From positions 7,504,001 through 7,568,000 of the forward strand of contig NW_024704743.1 in the NCBI RefSeq assembly GCF_018977255.1: 64,000 nt of DNA, read 5' to 3'. The notes beneath the pieces were generated by a model that saw only the letters and a program-made list of their open reading frames with translations, was not told where the DNA came from and ran no database searches. This document shows positions 24,199-37,679 of this stretch, piece by piece. The stretch is from Callorhinchus milii (lineage: Eukaryota). The position numbers and the translations under genes are program-made. Each line of letters starts with the position of its first letter. Position 1 is the stretch's first letter.

Positions 24199-26331
24199 TC
24201 AGCAAATTCGCCAGCACTTTGCTCCCTTTCTTGGAATTGCTTGCGTTTAAGGGAGCTGAGAACTGTTATAAATGCACATAATGTCTGTATCGCTCTTTTA
24301 CAAAAGTGGAATGTAACCCCTTATTTGTTTGCTGGTGCCTTGCAGACTGACTACTAAACGTCTCGAAGACGTGATAAGGCGCTATATCAAATGCAAGGAT
24401 TATTATTATTATTATAAACTGAAGTCGTTTCAGTAGAGAGGGGTTCAAAGAGTATTACTGTAAATAAAATGTTATGTATATTTATTTTTGACGTATACAG
24501 TGTTATGAAAATGACTTTAAAAAAAGGATTGTTATTGAACTTGGTTATTCAGAATTGGAATATCAGCCTAGTTACAGACAGAACCAGATTAACATTACAG
24601 TACAAGGCATTAAAACTGTTTGAAGTCAGGTTAAGGGGATATATGCAGGCCGAAATTTAGTGGGACGATTCCCTGCTTCTGGCTCAGAGAACAAAGGATT
24701 ATTAATGACCTTTTGCTGTGCAAACAAACTATATGCGGTTTAATAATCTCTGACTAATAGGCCTCGTGTCTGCACAAAGCTTATTTACCAGGTGGCAGAC
24801 TGTGTCCAGGTGCTGTACTTGTGCAGAGCTAATTGCCTGATCAACATATGATATTATGGATCAAGACGTATTTCCATTGATCTCAACAGAAAAGCACAAA
24901 TGACCAGTGTTTACATATTGATCGAGCATCGTAAAGGAAGTTTCCAACAACAACTGAGACCTGTATGTGCAGGTCTGTCTCCTGATAAGCTCTTTTAAAT
25001 GGACCTACTGCTCATCGATGTTCAATGGTTGTTTTCTTATACTCTAGTAATATTGATACTATTGCAAGTTTGAGTAGACAATGCCAATTTTGAAATTCTT
25101 ATTAATTCTAACACAATATGTGTACTTTCTATGACAGAATATTCATTATTTTTCTAACATTTAAACAAATAAATAGCAAATACTGAACAAAGTGAGTTAT
25201 ATTATATAAAGTTGCAATGTAACTATGCTGGTCTGCAAGGGGGTCCGACTTGAGTCCCATAGAACATCAGTATTCAAACATTAATGAAAATTAACACGAA
25301 GTCAGGTAAACTTACAGCTGACTCACACACACACACATATATATAGATAAAATGTATAATTTTAATGCATATCTATATAGAAAGTTCTACAAAGGGACAG
25401 CAACAACAACAAGAAAATAACTTGCATTTATAAAGCGCCCTTCATGCGGGTAGCGACGTGGAGTGCTTAAAGTGACTTTGAAAAAGGGTTGCACTATATG
25501 CAGTTATATTGAGTATTCCAAAATGACAGCAGTTATTATGTTGATGTTCAACCGGTTGCTAGTCCCAGACAGTCACACTCAGTGGGCAGTGTAGCCTCTA
25601 AAACCAGAGAAGTATTGTTCGAATGGAAAAGCATCAAAGGTATACTTAACATACAAGGTTGGACCCGTCCAACAAAAGGACAGCTCTTAACTTGAACAGA
25701 AACCCAAACTGTGATGTTGGTGCCAAATACAATAACGTAGAGAAACAAAAAGTTTCTGTCTCGTATGGAAATCTTTATCGTGGCCAATCTGCTTTTATTG
25801 CCAAAAGAATTCACCTGAACGTGATACACAGTATGAACAAAAAACGGAAATGTGTTGCTGTCCTTTTAGGAAGTCAATATTTTTATTCTTTTTTCTGTCG
25901 TAATTTCTACAGCACACTTAAATAGTTGCAGTGTTTCTCGCCTTTGCGGAGATGTAATTAATAGCAGTATCCGAATGGTATGTGGTGTTCCACATGCTAT
26001 CCTTTCCTTTTATATGGTCAAGTAGCCCATTGTGAATAAACCCAGATACAGATGCATCTGGTGCTGATAATATTTGTATTTCATTGACTCAGCTGTGGAG
26101 AAAAAAAAAGCCACAATCTGCTTTGTATCTTAGAAAGCCGTTGAATTATTTTTGAAAACATAATTATGTATTTGTATAGAGTGTAAAAGGATACGTACGG
26201 AGTAAAATAAAAGGGAGCTCGCTCATTTTTCTTTGAGGCTTGCCATTAACTTCAATTTATCAACACAATGTAAATATTAAATCACAAACTGTCTATGTAT
26301 CACTGATGTATATTATTCCAATTTATCAATG

Positions 26332-26337
26332 AATAAA
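26332..26337 (+). terminator. Candidate distal polyadenylation signal (AATAAA)
   Basis: AATAAA at the end of the unique AT-rich block, preceded by TGTA elements. Confidence 0.4.
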
Positions 26338-27004
26338 GCATATGCATGGCACAATTGAAGTTACAGGTTCTTGAAACATCCCTCCTTTGTTTCTATTAAT
26401 TTATTGCTGTGTGCAAATTGGTTGCTACATTTGCCTATGAAATACCATCATTACACTTTATAGTGAATCATGTGAAGCATTTTGAGACATCCTCCAGACC
26501 TGAAAGACACTACCAAATGCATGGATTATTATTGTTATATCCTCCGATTTTTACCTACTTCCAGATTATGCCTACCAGACATTCTGCTCAAGCCAAGACG
26601 ATAGAACAAGAGGCATAACCCTCCCTGCTCCCTATATTGTGATAACGACTTCTTAAACCTCTTGTGACCCTCATCTCAAAACTGTAAACTCCTTACTTCC
26701 CTCAGTTTACCCTCCATCAGTCTTCCCTTCCCCTGAGGTCTACCAGAGGTGATCATCACTTGGGAAAGCTCGTAATCACAATCAGTGACTTGCTTTCACA
26801 AACCCACCGTAAGTTAACTGCACTTTAAAAAAAACATCTGCTTCCAGCTTCCCATGAGTAAGTGACTGCATTAGTTTCCTTATCACTCGGCACCCCTTTT
26901 CATGCTTTATCCTGATAAGGAGGCATCAACAACAACAACAACTTGCGTTTATATAAGCTGTTAATGCCTCCTCAACACCCCTCATGCAGGATCCACCCAC
27001 CAGG

Positions 27005-27420
27005 TGTGTCAGCCTGGCTCAGTTTGTAGCATTCTCATCTCTGAGTCAGAAAGTTATGGGCATCGAGCCCCACATAGGGATTTTGAACACACAGCCTCGA
27101 GTGACACTCCAGTGCAATACTGGAGGAGGGCTGTGTTATCGGAGGTGGCGTCATTCGGATGAGACGTTAAGCCAAGGTCCCATCAGTGCCACTATTTGAA
27201 GATCTTATGAACCTATTTGAAAAGACTTTCTCCCAGTGAATAAAATTGATCATTCATTGCATGAATGTTTATGGTGGACATCGCAGAAACAAACCAACTG
27301 GCCATGTTTGTCTACAAAATGCACAGCCGCTACACTTAATGATATATCCTGTGAAGTGCTTTGAGAGAACCTCCTGACATGAAAGACGTTATATGAAACA
27401 TAAGTCACATTGTTATTATT
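27005..27420 (+). mobile_element. Deu-domain SINE, near full length
   Basis: gtcagcctggctcagtttgtagcattctcatctctgagtcagaa head and ggatgagacgttaagccaaggtcc core. Confidence 0.8.
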
Positions 27421-28024
27421 CTTGGTTCCTGCTGAATCTTGAATATTAAATTCAAGCACACAGTCAGATTAAAAACAATACTTGAAACAGAAGATTTCGC
27501 TTTTTCAAACTTCAAAGTACAGACTTTGATAATAATGTAATAATATTGTCACCTTCCAGCAGCTCTTTCAATAACTCTCGATTAATGAACTTCAGTAATA
27601 TATCACGCAGGAACAGGTTCTTTGAAGTTGCTACAGTATTTGTCAGTGGTCACGAACCATTGGATTCAGTGATGTAAGTTCCCACAGGTATCAAATATCA
27701 AACAAAAGTGAACTACTTTTCAGCACACACTGCTATGGACGTGGAAATCATGCAAACATGATTTTGTAAAATAATAATAATAATCTTTCAATTTGGTACT
27801 CTACAAAGCTTTCCACTTCATGAGAACATCTCAGCGCTTGACAAAGTGTCTCCTGCCCTCCGTTCGACCATCAGTGGCCACACTTTCAGTCACTGCGACC
27901 TGAAACTCTGGAACACACTTTCTCCATCCCTCCATCTTGTCCCTTGCCCACCTTCAGATCCCGCCTGAAGACCTTCCTCTTCGACTGTGCCTACCATCAT
28001 CTCCACCCGGCAAGTTGTTGTTGA

Positions 28025-28400
28025 CAGGATTTACTGTAAGGTGTAGTGACTGTATTTATAGTCAAACACGGCAGCTCATTTGCACACAGCAATGCACCAA
28101 AAGCAGCCGTGAAGTGATTGGCCAACTTTTTTTATCTGGGGGATTTGTTGACCAGGACACCAGGGGAAACTGTCTTCTCCTTTAGAGTCGTGCCCTGAGA
28201 TGTTTAACATCCACATAAACAGACAGACAGGACCTCAGTTTAACATCTCATCCAAAGGATGGCACTCCTCCAGCACTGCATTTGAGTGTCAGCTTAGAGT
28301 GTCCTTTAGACTATGCGAGTTCCAAGTCCTGATGAGGAGTTTGAACCCACAACTTTCTGATACACAAATGAGAGTGCTGCCAATTGAGCCAGACATGACA
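28025..28400 (-). mobile_element. Deu-domain SINE
   Basis: Reverse complement of the head (tggctcaattggcagcactctc) and core (ggatgagatgttaaactgaggtcc). Confidence 0.8.
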
Positions 28401-29857
28401 GAGAGAGAGAGAGATTCTGTGAGAAACTTGCATCAAGGAACAGTAAGTAATTTATGATCTCAGATGCCATCTTGTACTACTACAGTATCTGAAATATTCA
28501 CAGCTGTCCTTTGTAGCAGAACATTCCTGTCAACTAAATAGAAAAGATGAGATTGATGGCACGAGGCAAATTTAACCACAACCTCTAGTACTAAGTGATG
28601 TATTCACATGGAGACAGAGAAGAAGCAGATATGTAAGGAGGGTTTGAGAAGATAAAAAGGGAGTAGCTATTTTCACTGGTCATTAATACAATACAATTTA
28701 CATTTCTATATTTCTATCGTGCTTTTCACGAGAGGAACACATCTCAAAGCTTTTTATTCAGATAGCTGGACACCCAAGTCAGAGGGATTAGGAAGTGTGG
28801 ATTTGACCGAAATCGCGGTCAAAGAGCTAAATCTTTAGGTGAGCTATAAAAGGTGAGGGGGCAAGGGGAGTCTAAGGTACACCAGGATGGCGTTCCAGAG
28901 AGCAGGTGCGGAATGACCGAAAACTCATCCAATGATGGTGCGGAAAACCAGCTAAAATCCATAACAGCTTTTAAGAGGGAATTAAATCAATACTGAAAAA
29001 GGAAACATACAAAAGGGTGTGAGGAAAGGGAGGAAACTGAATGGAGAGCTCTTTCAGCGTGTCGGAACAGGCAAGATGTGTAGAATGGCCCCCTTCTCTG
29101 CTGATAAGTCCTATGATTCTAGGAAATGAAGCCCACAATTCCATACAGCACATTGTGAGTGTTCATTAATAACCACAATAACTTGTATTTATAGAGTACC
29201 TATAGGGTAGTGTTTCGGAGCGCTCAAAACCGGTCCACGTTTCAGTGAGTCAGTAATACAATTTACATTTCTATGGTGCAAGTTAATACGTGTCAAGGGA
29301 TCTGTGGAAATGTAATAAAAATAGCACATTTATATATACATCCAAAATTTAGAATTTTTTTGTGTTGGAAAAATATTACAACCCTGTAAAACCTGACCAG
29401 TGATCCTACACACCAGAATCCCTTACTTTAAAAGATGTTCAATGCCTGGGTTAATTTATGGATTAGTTTGGTCCCGTAAACAAGGGTAGAGAAGATCTTT
29501 TAGAAGTGCCAGACATGTCAGTTTGTGAAAGAGTTACAGCTCCGAGCATTTATCAGTAACTGAAATTGTTATGTTAACGTCCTGCCCATAAATCTAAGTC
29601 TTCTCAATAAAAACAATGTCAAACTGAACATGTGTTCAATCTCATTTCATAGACAATCCATTTCCCCAACAATCTCTCCTCCCCCCATCCCCTCCATTAA
29701 ATAGACCATTACATTTTAGATTTCCCCCCACTTTCAGGTCAAAACCTTCTGCGTCAAGAAATGGGCCATTCCTCTACTAGGAACAATATGCAATGTGTTA
29801 GATTTACAAGTTGTCAACCTGCATCGGTTGGTAGCACTCTCGCCTCTGTGTCAGAAG

Positions 29858-30182
29858 CATAGGCAATGGGTGGCTAGGCCTGAGGGGCCTCGGCCCTTCC
29901 CTCCCAAATCTATCTAGACCTCTTTAAGGGGAGCTTGGAGGGGGAAAACCCTGAGCCCTGAAAACAACCCAGTCATTCCTCCAGGCAGCCCCAACCTGCA
30001 GAATCCCTCTGACTCCCCTCTCCCAACTTGTCAGTGCCTCCTATCCACTCGTGGCACCCACGCCTCTGATTGGCTGATGGACCTGTCAGTCAAGCCAACA
30101 TCTCGTCTGTCTTAAAAATCCTTTAACTGAGTCTTACTCAACCTCCCCCTCCAAAGAGTATTTTCACCCCCCACTGCCTGTG
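29858..30182. mobile_element. hAT-type MITE (325 bp) inserted in a Deu-SINE head
   Basis: TIRs cataggcaatggg / rc cacaggcagtggg (11/13). 8-bp TSD gtcagaag (29850-29857) and gttagaag (30183-30190). The host SINE reads through once the insert is removed. Confidence 0.8.
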
Positions 30183-33129
30183 GTTAGAAGGTTGTGGGTC
30201 CAAGCCCCACGTCAAGATTTGGAGCTCAAGGTCCAGCTGGACTGATACTCCAATACAGTGTTCAGGGAGTGTTGCGTTGTCACGTGACAGATCGGATCAG
30301 CCAATCATCGTCCAGAGCCCACCCTTCCTGATGAGTGACAGCTACAATAGCTAATCACTGCCCAGATCCCGCCCTCCAGTTTAAGACTCCCCCCCAAAGT
30401 GTTTATAAACACGTGGAGGTTTTATATCAAATCGCGCCCCCCCTTGTCTCATCGACCCCATTTTACCTAAAAATCCCAAACCCTTTTGGGGAGCCAGTCC
30501 ACCACTGACTCTAATAGTCAGGTTATTACTGTACATTCTAACTCTTCTGGGACGTCTTTCCCACCTTGGGACGTCCTCCCGACGTGAAAGGCGCTCAATA
30601 AATAGAATCTTTTTGTTGTTGTTGTTGTTTCCGACGTGAACGGAGCTATACAAGTGTGATTGGTTGTTGTTGTCGTTCTCATGCATCCTCACTGGAATCT
30701 TTAGCCCACAGTTCTTCTGTGAGGTTACATCTCTTTAGAAAATGTTTGTATCAGAACCTCCAGGCAAAGTGTCTGAAACACCAGAGATCATGTTTCCTCA
30801 TTTTAGGAAATTAACACTTGGAACAAAAAGAGAAGTCAAGTAGTGATAGCAATAAAGCATTAGACATGGAAGACGTGTCAGCTTAGCTGAATTGGTAGAA
30901 CTCCCATCTCTGGCAAATGGGCTCAAGAGTCAACTGAATGCATCTCTGAATATTGTTTTGGTCAGGAGGGACACATCCTGCTTACCTAATTCCGGAAAAT
31001 ATTAGGCGCAGGTTGGCAAGAGCTAAGGCTTGGGAACCCCAGAGCGTGTGTTGGGGTAACTTCTGGAATCTAATCAATTAAAATCGCATAGATTGCCATT
31101 GGTATCACTGTTTGGCAAGGTTTCCTGCTGCTTGTCCAGCTAGAACTACTTTTCTGAAGAGAGAGGACATTCAGATATACAATATAATACAAAATTACAA
31201 TACAAAATTACTGTATACCGCCTTTCACGTTGGGAGGACATCCCAAGGTGCTGGAAAGTACTGATATAGTGAGAAGATAGATAAACTTGAATAGAAGGGC
31301 CAAAAGATTATTTTCCTGTTCCTAAAATTCCTTGTGTTCCTATTTCATCTGAGATGAATGACTAAATACTCTGCTTTTGTCCTTCGGGGAGCTTTGATGA
31401 ATGTGGAATATTGGCCACAGACATCAGGAGAACTTTAGTTTTTCTTCAATTTAGCATCATAAGATCTTTAGCATCCATCAAACATAATAATAATAATCCT
31501 TGCATTTGAAATAGTGCCTTATCACTTCATTAAGATGTCTCAAAGTGCTAGAATATATTATAAAGTGAATTGACTGTGTATTTTGTAGGCAAAACATGAC
31601 ATTGATTTAGTGTTTAATCGAAAAGACGGCATCTCCAACAATATGGCACTTGAACCCACAACCTTCTGACCCAGAGGCAAGAATTACTACCAACAGAGTT
31701 AAACTGACAAAGGGTGTTCCAGTTCACTGGATAAATGAACCATTGTAATGATTTAGATGCGGACCATTGGATTTGCTTGAGTGGTGTTTGCTGACACTGA
31801 GCTAGTCCCAAATGTCGTCTTACTGAAAGAGTTGCTTCTGTTACAGTAAAGCTCTGCACATCCGCACACTGAGTATTTGTGTGTCAGCTTACCTAATGCA
31901 CAGCAGAAGTGAGAGGCTGGCAAACAAATTTAGTTGCACTCATGTGCATAAGGTTACTGGGAATGTGATTTACCAATTCAGCATAACTGTGAACCAACAA
32001 CTGTGAGGTAAGTATTTTTAAAACAATTTATTTTTGCAGATGCATTACAAGGTCTTGGAGGGGAAAGAGAGAGGGATTGACACAGTGTGGCACCATAGGA
32101 ACTATCAGAGAGAGAGAGAGAAGGAGACTCAGCCAGAAAGAAAGAGAAATTTGGAGCGAGGTAGAGATAGTCAAATAGGATATAAAGAGAAAGTCTAGAG
32201 AAAGAGAGATATAAAATTAAAATCAGAGAGGGAGAAAAGATAGGGTGGTCCTAGCTGGACAAACAGCAGATTTTAGCTGGTTAGGCTCAAGGTGTACACC
32301 AATATCTCTTGGAAACCTGTGCCTATACGTTCTCTAAGGAGAGGGTGTGCATTCCCTGTCAATAAATATCTACGGAATTTCCATGTGTAGGTGGGATGCA
32401 TGGAACTCTCAGTTTGGTTTGGATACTCTTAAGCACGGTGATGGGTTTCCGCATGTGTTATTACTCATTAATCACACTGTTCCCATATCCACAATGGGGC
32501 AGGTCTCAGTTAGTGTGGATATCGGGCTCTCTGCTGTAGTGAGGGAGAGGATGATGTAATAAGTAATGTAATGTCCCAGTGGTCCAGTTTCCTTTTAATT
32601 CAGACCTTTCCAAAGTTTTATGCACACTTTTGTGGTATTTCATTAACATTAACATTTCACCCTACCCTCCTTGTATAATTGTTCCAATGATTTCTCCACA
32701 TTACCCCTTTCACCCAGTGTGTCTGCCCTGTCCCAGTCTGTCTTGCTTTACTCCAACCATCCAGTGTCAGCCAGCTCTCAGACTCCGTGTCTGGCTTGTG
32801 ACCCACTTGCGGTCAGGGTCTTGCACACCTCTGTCACGCAGCCTTCTTTTCAATGGAAAACAAGCAGTGGTTGTGAGTGGGGAACACATAGTTGGATGGA
32901 GACCATTAGGTGGCCTGCCGTCCGTTTGAGATGTTTTTAATTTAAACTTGCTTTCATCCTGACAGGGTTTCCATATTGTGGCACACAAATAATTCTCTGC
33001 TTTCATTTACAAGGCATGCAATTATTATTGATTATTTTTATAATTTGCGACTGGTTCAGTTCTGGCATTTAATTAACATTCAGAATTGTATGGTTTAGGC
33101 AATAATTTAAAAGCAGAGCTCTGGCACAA

Positions 33130-33345
33130 CTCTTCCCACTGCTTCCTATCCCATCCAACTCTTTCCATCCTATCTTATTCTATCCCATCTCACAATTTTC
33201 TATTCCATTCATTCGGTCTTGTGTCCTTTCCCATCTCGTCTAATCCTATTCCATCCATTCTCAATCTCTCTATTCCCATCCCATGCATTCCCAACTCATC
33301 CATTCCTTTCCCTTCCCATTTTATCCTGTTCCATCCTACTTTCTT
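33130..33345. repeat. Pyrimidine-rich degenerate (CCCAT/CCTAT)n low-complexity tract
   Basis: Repeated cccatc/cctatc/ccattc units. A similar tract lies at about 33855-33985. Confidence 0.75.
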
Positions 33346-34786
33346 TGATTTAGGGCTATAAAGTTGTGTTTATTTCTGTAAACCAAACCAGTTGCTGAGG
33401 AAATTCAGGATTAAGACATGACCACCTGGTTATTTCTTTTCTTTTTACTATGACCAACAATTAAAGTATTTTTATGACCTGTTGATATAACTATTTCCCT
33501 CTAAGTGATAATCACAATGTTGTGCCTGCAGGTCTTTTGTTGAATTCAAAATGTTGTTCTATTTTAACGTACTGTTTGGTGCCCTTTAAATTGTTTCCAT
33601 GCATTATTTCATTACCCTTTGCCGTCTGTTTCAAAACCATTACCATTTTCAAAACAGATTTGAACCATGAGCTGGTCCTTCACAGTTCATGCTTTGAAGA
33701 GCTCCAGTGGGACCTTGCAATACTTAGCTGACAGCTTTACCTCTCTAAAACAGCTGTACCAGTTTGGTGGATTATTACGGTATTTATAGTAACTCATTCA
33801 GCTCTTTCAGAATGTCATGGTTTGGGTAATTGTTTAAAAGCAGTGCTTATGTCATCCCTTCCCCTCCCAGTGCTTCTCTTCCTATTCCCATCCAATCCCA
33901 TCTATTTCTATCCCACCCTCTCCTCTCTTCTCCCAACCCCTCCCCTCCCAGTCTGTTTTATCCCATAATTTCCCATCCCATTCTTAGCATGATAATTGGT
34001 GAGCAGGACAGTCTGTTCATGAGATATGTGTTCAGTGAGACATGTTGATGACAACAGAGTCTAAATTATGGTATATTATTAATGGGATTCATTCTAAAAC
34101 ACTGACACGTTCCCCTGATCCTTTCACTATCTTGCCCTCTTTCCTAATCTCTTCCAGCCCTCTGCTCCTGCAGGTGCCCTCTGCTCATCTAACTCTGGTC
34201 TGTTTTTTTCAGTGTCTGTGATAATGCATGGGCACCCTGAAACTCGCCTTGCTGCACTGCCACTTCCCGGGATGAACACACATTGAACTACTCACATTGG
34301 ATTTGGGGAGGTGGATTTGGGGATTTACATAGATTTACACAGAGTATGCAGCACAGAAATTTGCCATTCGGCCCAACCAGTCCATGCTGGGGTTTATACT
34401 CCCCTTGAGTCTCCACGCTCGCTTTCCTCCCTCCCAATAGCCTTCCATTCTTTTCCCTCATGGTGTATATCTAACTTCCTCATAGATGTTTGCCATTGCC
34501 CCTCAGTGTTTATGCATTTCTCGTAGGGAAGAATACACATTGTGATGCTTGTGTTTCAGCGAGGCGTTTTCAGGATGCACAGGTTAACCAGACATTCCAA
34601 AATAAATCCCAATTTTTACCAACTTCATCCAGGTTTCTTTTATGTTACCCTCACCCTATTTTTTCTGTTTTGCATGGCAAACAGAGAACCTGAAAAATTC
34701 CTGAAGAAAGCCCACAAATTTTAATTTTAGGAATAAAAAAGGATTTTAATGAACCTTTATTCTCCTTTGAGGAAGCTCCTCTGAAG

Positions 34787-35000
34787 TAATAATAATAATA
34801 ATCCTTGCATTTGATATAGCGCTTTTCACGTCGGGAGGACGTCCCAAAGCGCTTCACAGAACACACTGTAAAGTGAATTGACTGTATATTTGTGGGCGAA
34901 CGCGGCAGCCAATTGCGCACAGCAATGTCCCACAAACAGTCGTAGATTGAAGATGACCCATTTTTTTATTGTTTTTGTTTTTTTGGAGGGATTATTATTA
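34787..35000 (-). mobile_element. tRNA-derived SINE 3' half (young subfamily, gggacgtcctcccgacgtg tail)
   Basis: Near-identical to the body and tail of the copy at 19290-19480. Confidence 0.88.
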
Positions 35001-36159
35001 TCTTGTTGATACTCGTCAACAAGGTGATGTCTCACCACTGTAATCATAGACAGACTGCAGACATGGTTGGGAAGAGAGACTGCAGACATGGATGCAGTGG
35101 GCATGGAGAGAAGGAATAACATGACCAAATCCAGTGGCAGCCGGTTTCATAGCCAAGACCAATAATTTATATTTTGAAATAGACTGAGAACAGGAGAACT
35201 GTCTGCAATTGTTGTAGGCCTAGAAGCTTTCTTGCTTAAAAGCAGATATTTGAAAAGTACAACTGAAAGCATCACTTCGACGTGATATCACGCTGGATAC
35301 AACCTGAATAAAGACAATATCTGACTGGAAAGAATATTGAAAAGTAGTGAACTAAAATGTAAAAAAACAACTCAGCTAATACTGTGATTGAGTGGAATAA
35401 TGGACTTTGCCAACCAGTGACAGACAAGAAAACTGATGCATTTAACCTTTGGTCTTGTCCTTCACTCATCCTCTTATCTCCACATGGTGCACAGTATGGA
35501 TTATTGCTTAAATTTACATTGTTAAATATGCAGCCTCTGAGTTCATACCCTCTCACGCACACATTTTTTTCTGTCAGTCAGTTTGATAAGGGTTAATCAG
35601 CTGGTGAAGTCATAGTGCTTTCATGCACCTCTGAATCTTATGGCAAAAAACAGTCTTTATTCTTGTCTTCAGTGTAAACAGAACTCTGAATCACAGCCAC
35701 AGCATGATGGTTAACAGCTGGGTTAAGGATTTGATGGGCCTGGTGTGGATTATTTTACACTCAGAGTGTGAGGTAAGATCACATGCAACACCACATTTGT
35801 ATATGTTAGTCAAAGCGAAAAATGAGACACAGCATTTAATCACTCAGCTGGATCAGAAAAGCAGCTGCCCAATTGACTTTGGAAACAAAGCTTTGCTGAA
35901 TGTGTCTGGATGATAGTTTGAAGAGAAAAGGTTAACGTGGTTGGGCAGCATTGCAATTAGGCAGCAATTCAAGTATTTGGATCCTGTTTAAAGTTGTTTA
36001 TTTACCCAAATAGAGAAACGATTAACCATAGCTACAGAACGTTTAATACATGGACATTACTTTGTTATTTGCAGCCTATGTGCAAAAAATGTAATAAATC
36101 AGTTTAATAGATTATAATGTTCTTTTCAACATTACTTTTTTTTATTATTTTCAGTACTC

Positions 36160-36570
36160 CGTACACACTTACTCTGACACATTCACTCTCACACACTCTC
36201 ACATACTCACTCTTACATTCACCCAAAGACACATACTCATGCACACATTCTTACACACACACACAAACACTCACATAATCACATTCTCTTACACACACAC
36301 ACAAACACTCACATACTCACATGCACACAAACATTCCCTCATACTCACGCATACACACTCACCCGCACATTCACGTGAGCACAATCGCTCGCACATGCAC
36401 ATCTTCACATACTCTCACAAACACATACTCACACACACAAGAGAACACATTCCTACACACACTCAGTTATACACCCACACATATAATAAATGCCCTTGTG
36501 TGTGTGACACACATACACATACACAAGGACTCACAGGCATATATGAGCACGCACACAGATATACAGACTC
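36160..36570. repeat. Degenerate (CA)n/(CACT)n microsatellite tract
   Basis: About 400 bp of cacact/cacata/cacaca units. Confidence 0.85.
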
Positions 36571-37679
36571 ACTGTATAGCATTTAAGATTGTGCAGATTT
36601 TTGTAAAAAAATATTTAGTTCAGTCAGTTTGGAAGACAAAATTCAGATTTTGGTGTTTAGAAAAGTTTACAGAAAGTTTTGCAGGATCTTAAACTGTAAG
36701 ACAACAACCTGAAGATTCAAACAATGTGAAATGTTGGGCCGGCAGCAAGTAACAGGATTGATTTCACCCATACTTTCAAAAAGAAGCCGTCAACTCTCAC
36801 TGGCTACGTTTAGAGGTGAAGAATAGCGACTTGGGCAAGGTTCTGGCAGGGAATCAGAGCTGCTATTACCTGTGGAGTCATGCCCAGAATGAGTCACCAT
36901 CTTCAGAGGAAAAAATGATCAAAAAAAGATTTAATGTTCAATTTCTGCTTGAATAACCTGTGCTTTTTTTCCCCTTCTTTCCTTAGCAGTAAATAAGAAT
37001 GCAGTCAAGCTCAGTCCTGACTGACACTTCAACCACTCTGCCCCCACCCTCTGGAACTCCATACCGCAGTCCCTCTGCCTCGCCCGCTCCCTTGCCTCCT
37101 TCAAGACCCGTCTCAAGACCCTCTCCATCGACCGTGTCTTCGATTACCCTCCGTCCAACCCTGCCCTCCACCCTCCTCGATTCCGACCTCCAGCTCTGGT
37201 GCAAAACACTGATTGCCCAGCACCTTGGGACGTCCTCCTAATGTATAAAGTGTTATACAAACATAATTTTGTTGTTGTTGTTAACCGTGCAAGCCAAAGT
37301 CCCAATGGGTAGCATGGTCCTAGCTGGATAAGCAATCAGTGCTATCAATGACAAGCTGTGTGGTTTTAACTGGTTAGACTCCAGCAGTTATCCCAAAACA
37401 CACTTTGGGGTCCCCATGTCTCAGATCATGTCAACCTGCGCCTAATACTTTCCGGAATTAGATAAGCAGGATGTGTCCCTACAATCCAATAAACGTCTTT
37501 GGAATATCCGTATATAGGTGTGATGCGTGGAATTCTCAGTTTGGTTTGGATAATGATGTTTTCTGCATGTGTCAGATACCCGACTGACCAAAAAAAACTA
37601 CAAGAGAAAACAACTTCAAAATTAAGATTGAATTCAACAATTTGCCGAATTCTGGTTCCTCTGAAAGGCTGCATACAAA

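Larger units (their letters stand above)
22852..26360 (+). other. JCAD: Probable long JCAD 3' UTR
   Basis: AT-rich and mostly unique sequence after the stop codon. AATAAA occurs at 22974, 24463, 26035 and 26332, and TGTAAATA (Pumilio-type) at 24459 and 26269. Repeat density rises again after about 26400. The true end is inferred. Confidence 0.5.

Noticed and set aside
36239..36692. His/Thr-rich ORFs
   Set aside because: Translation of a degenerate CA microsatellite.
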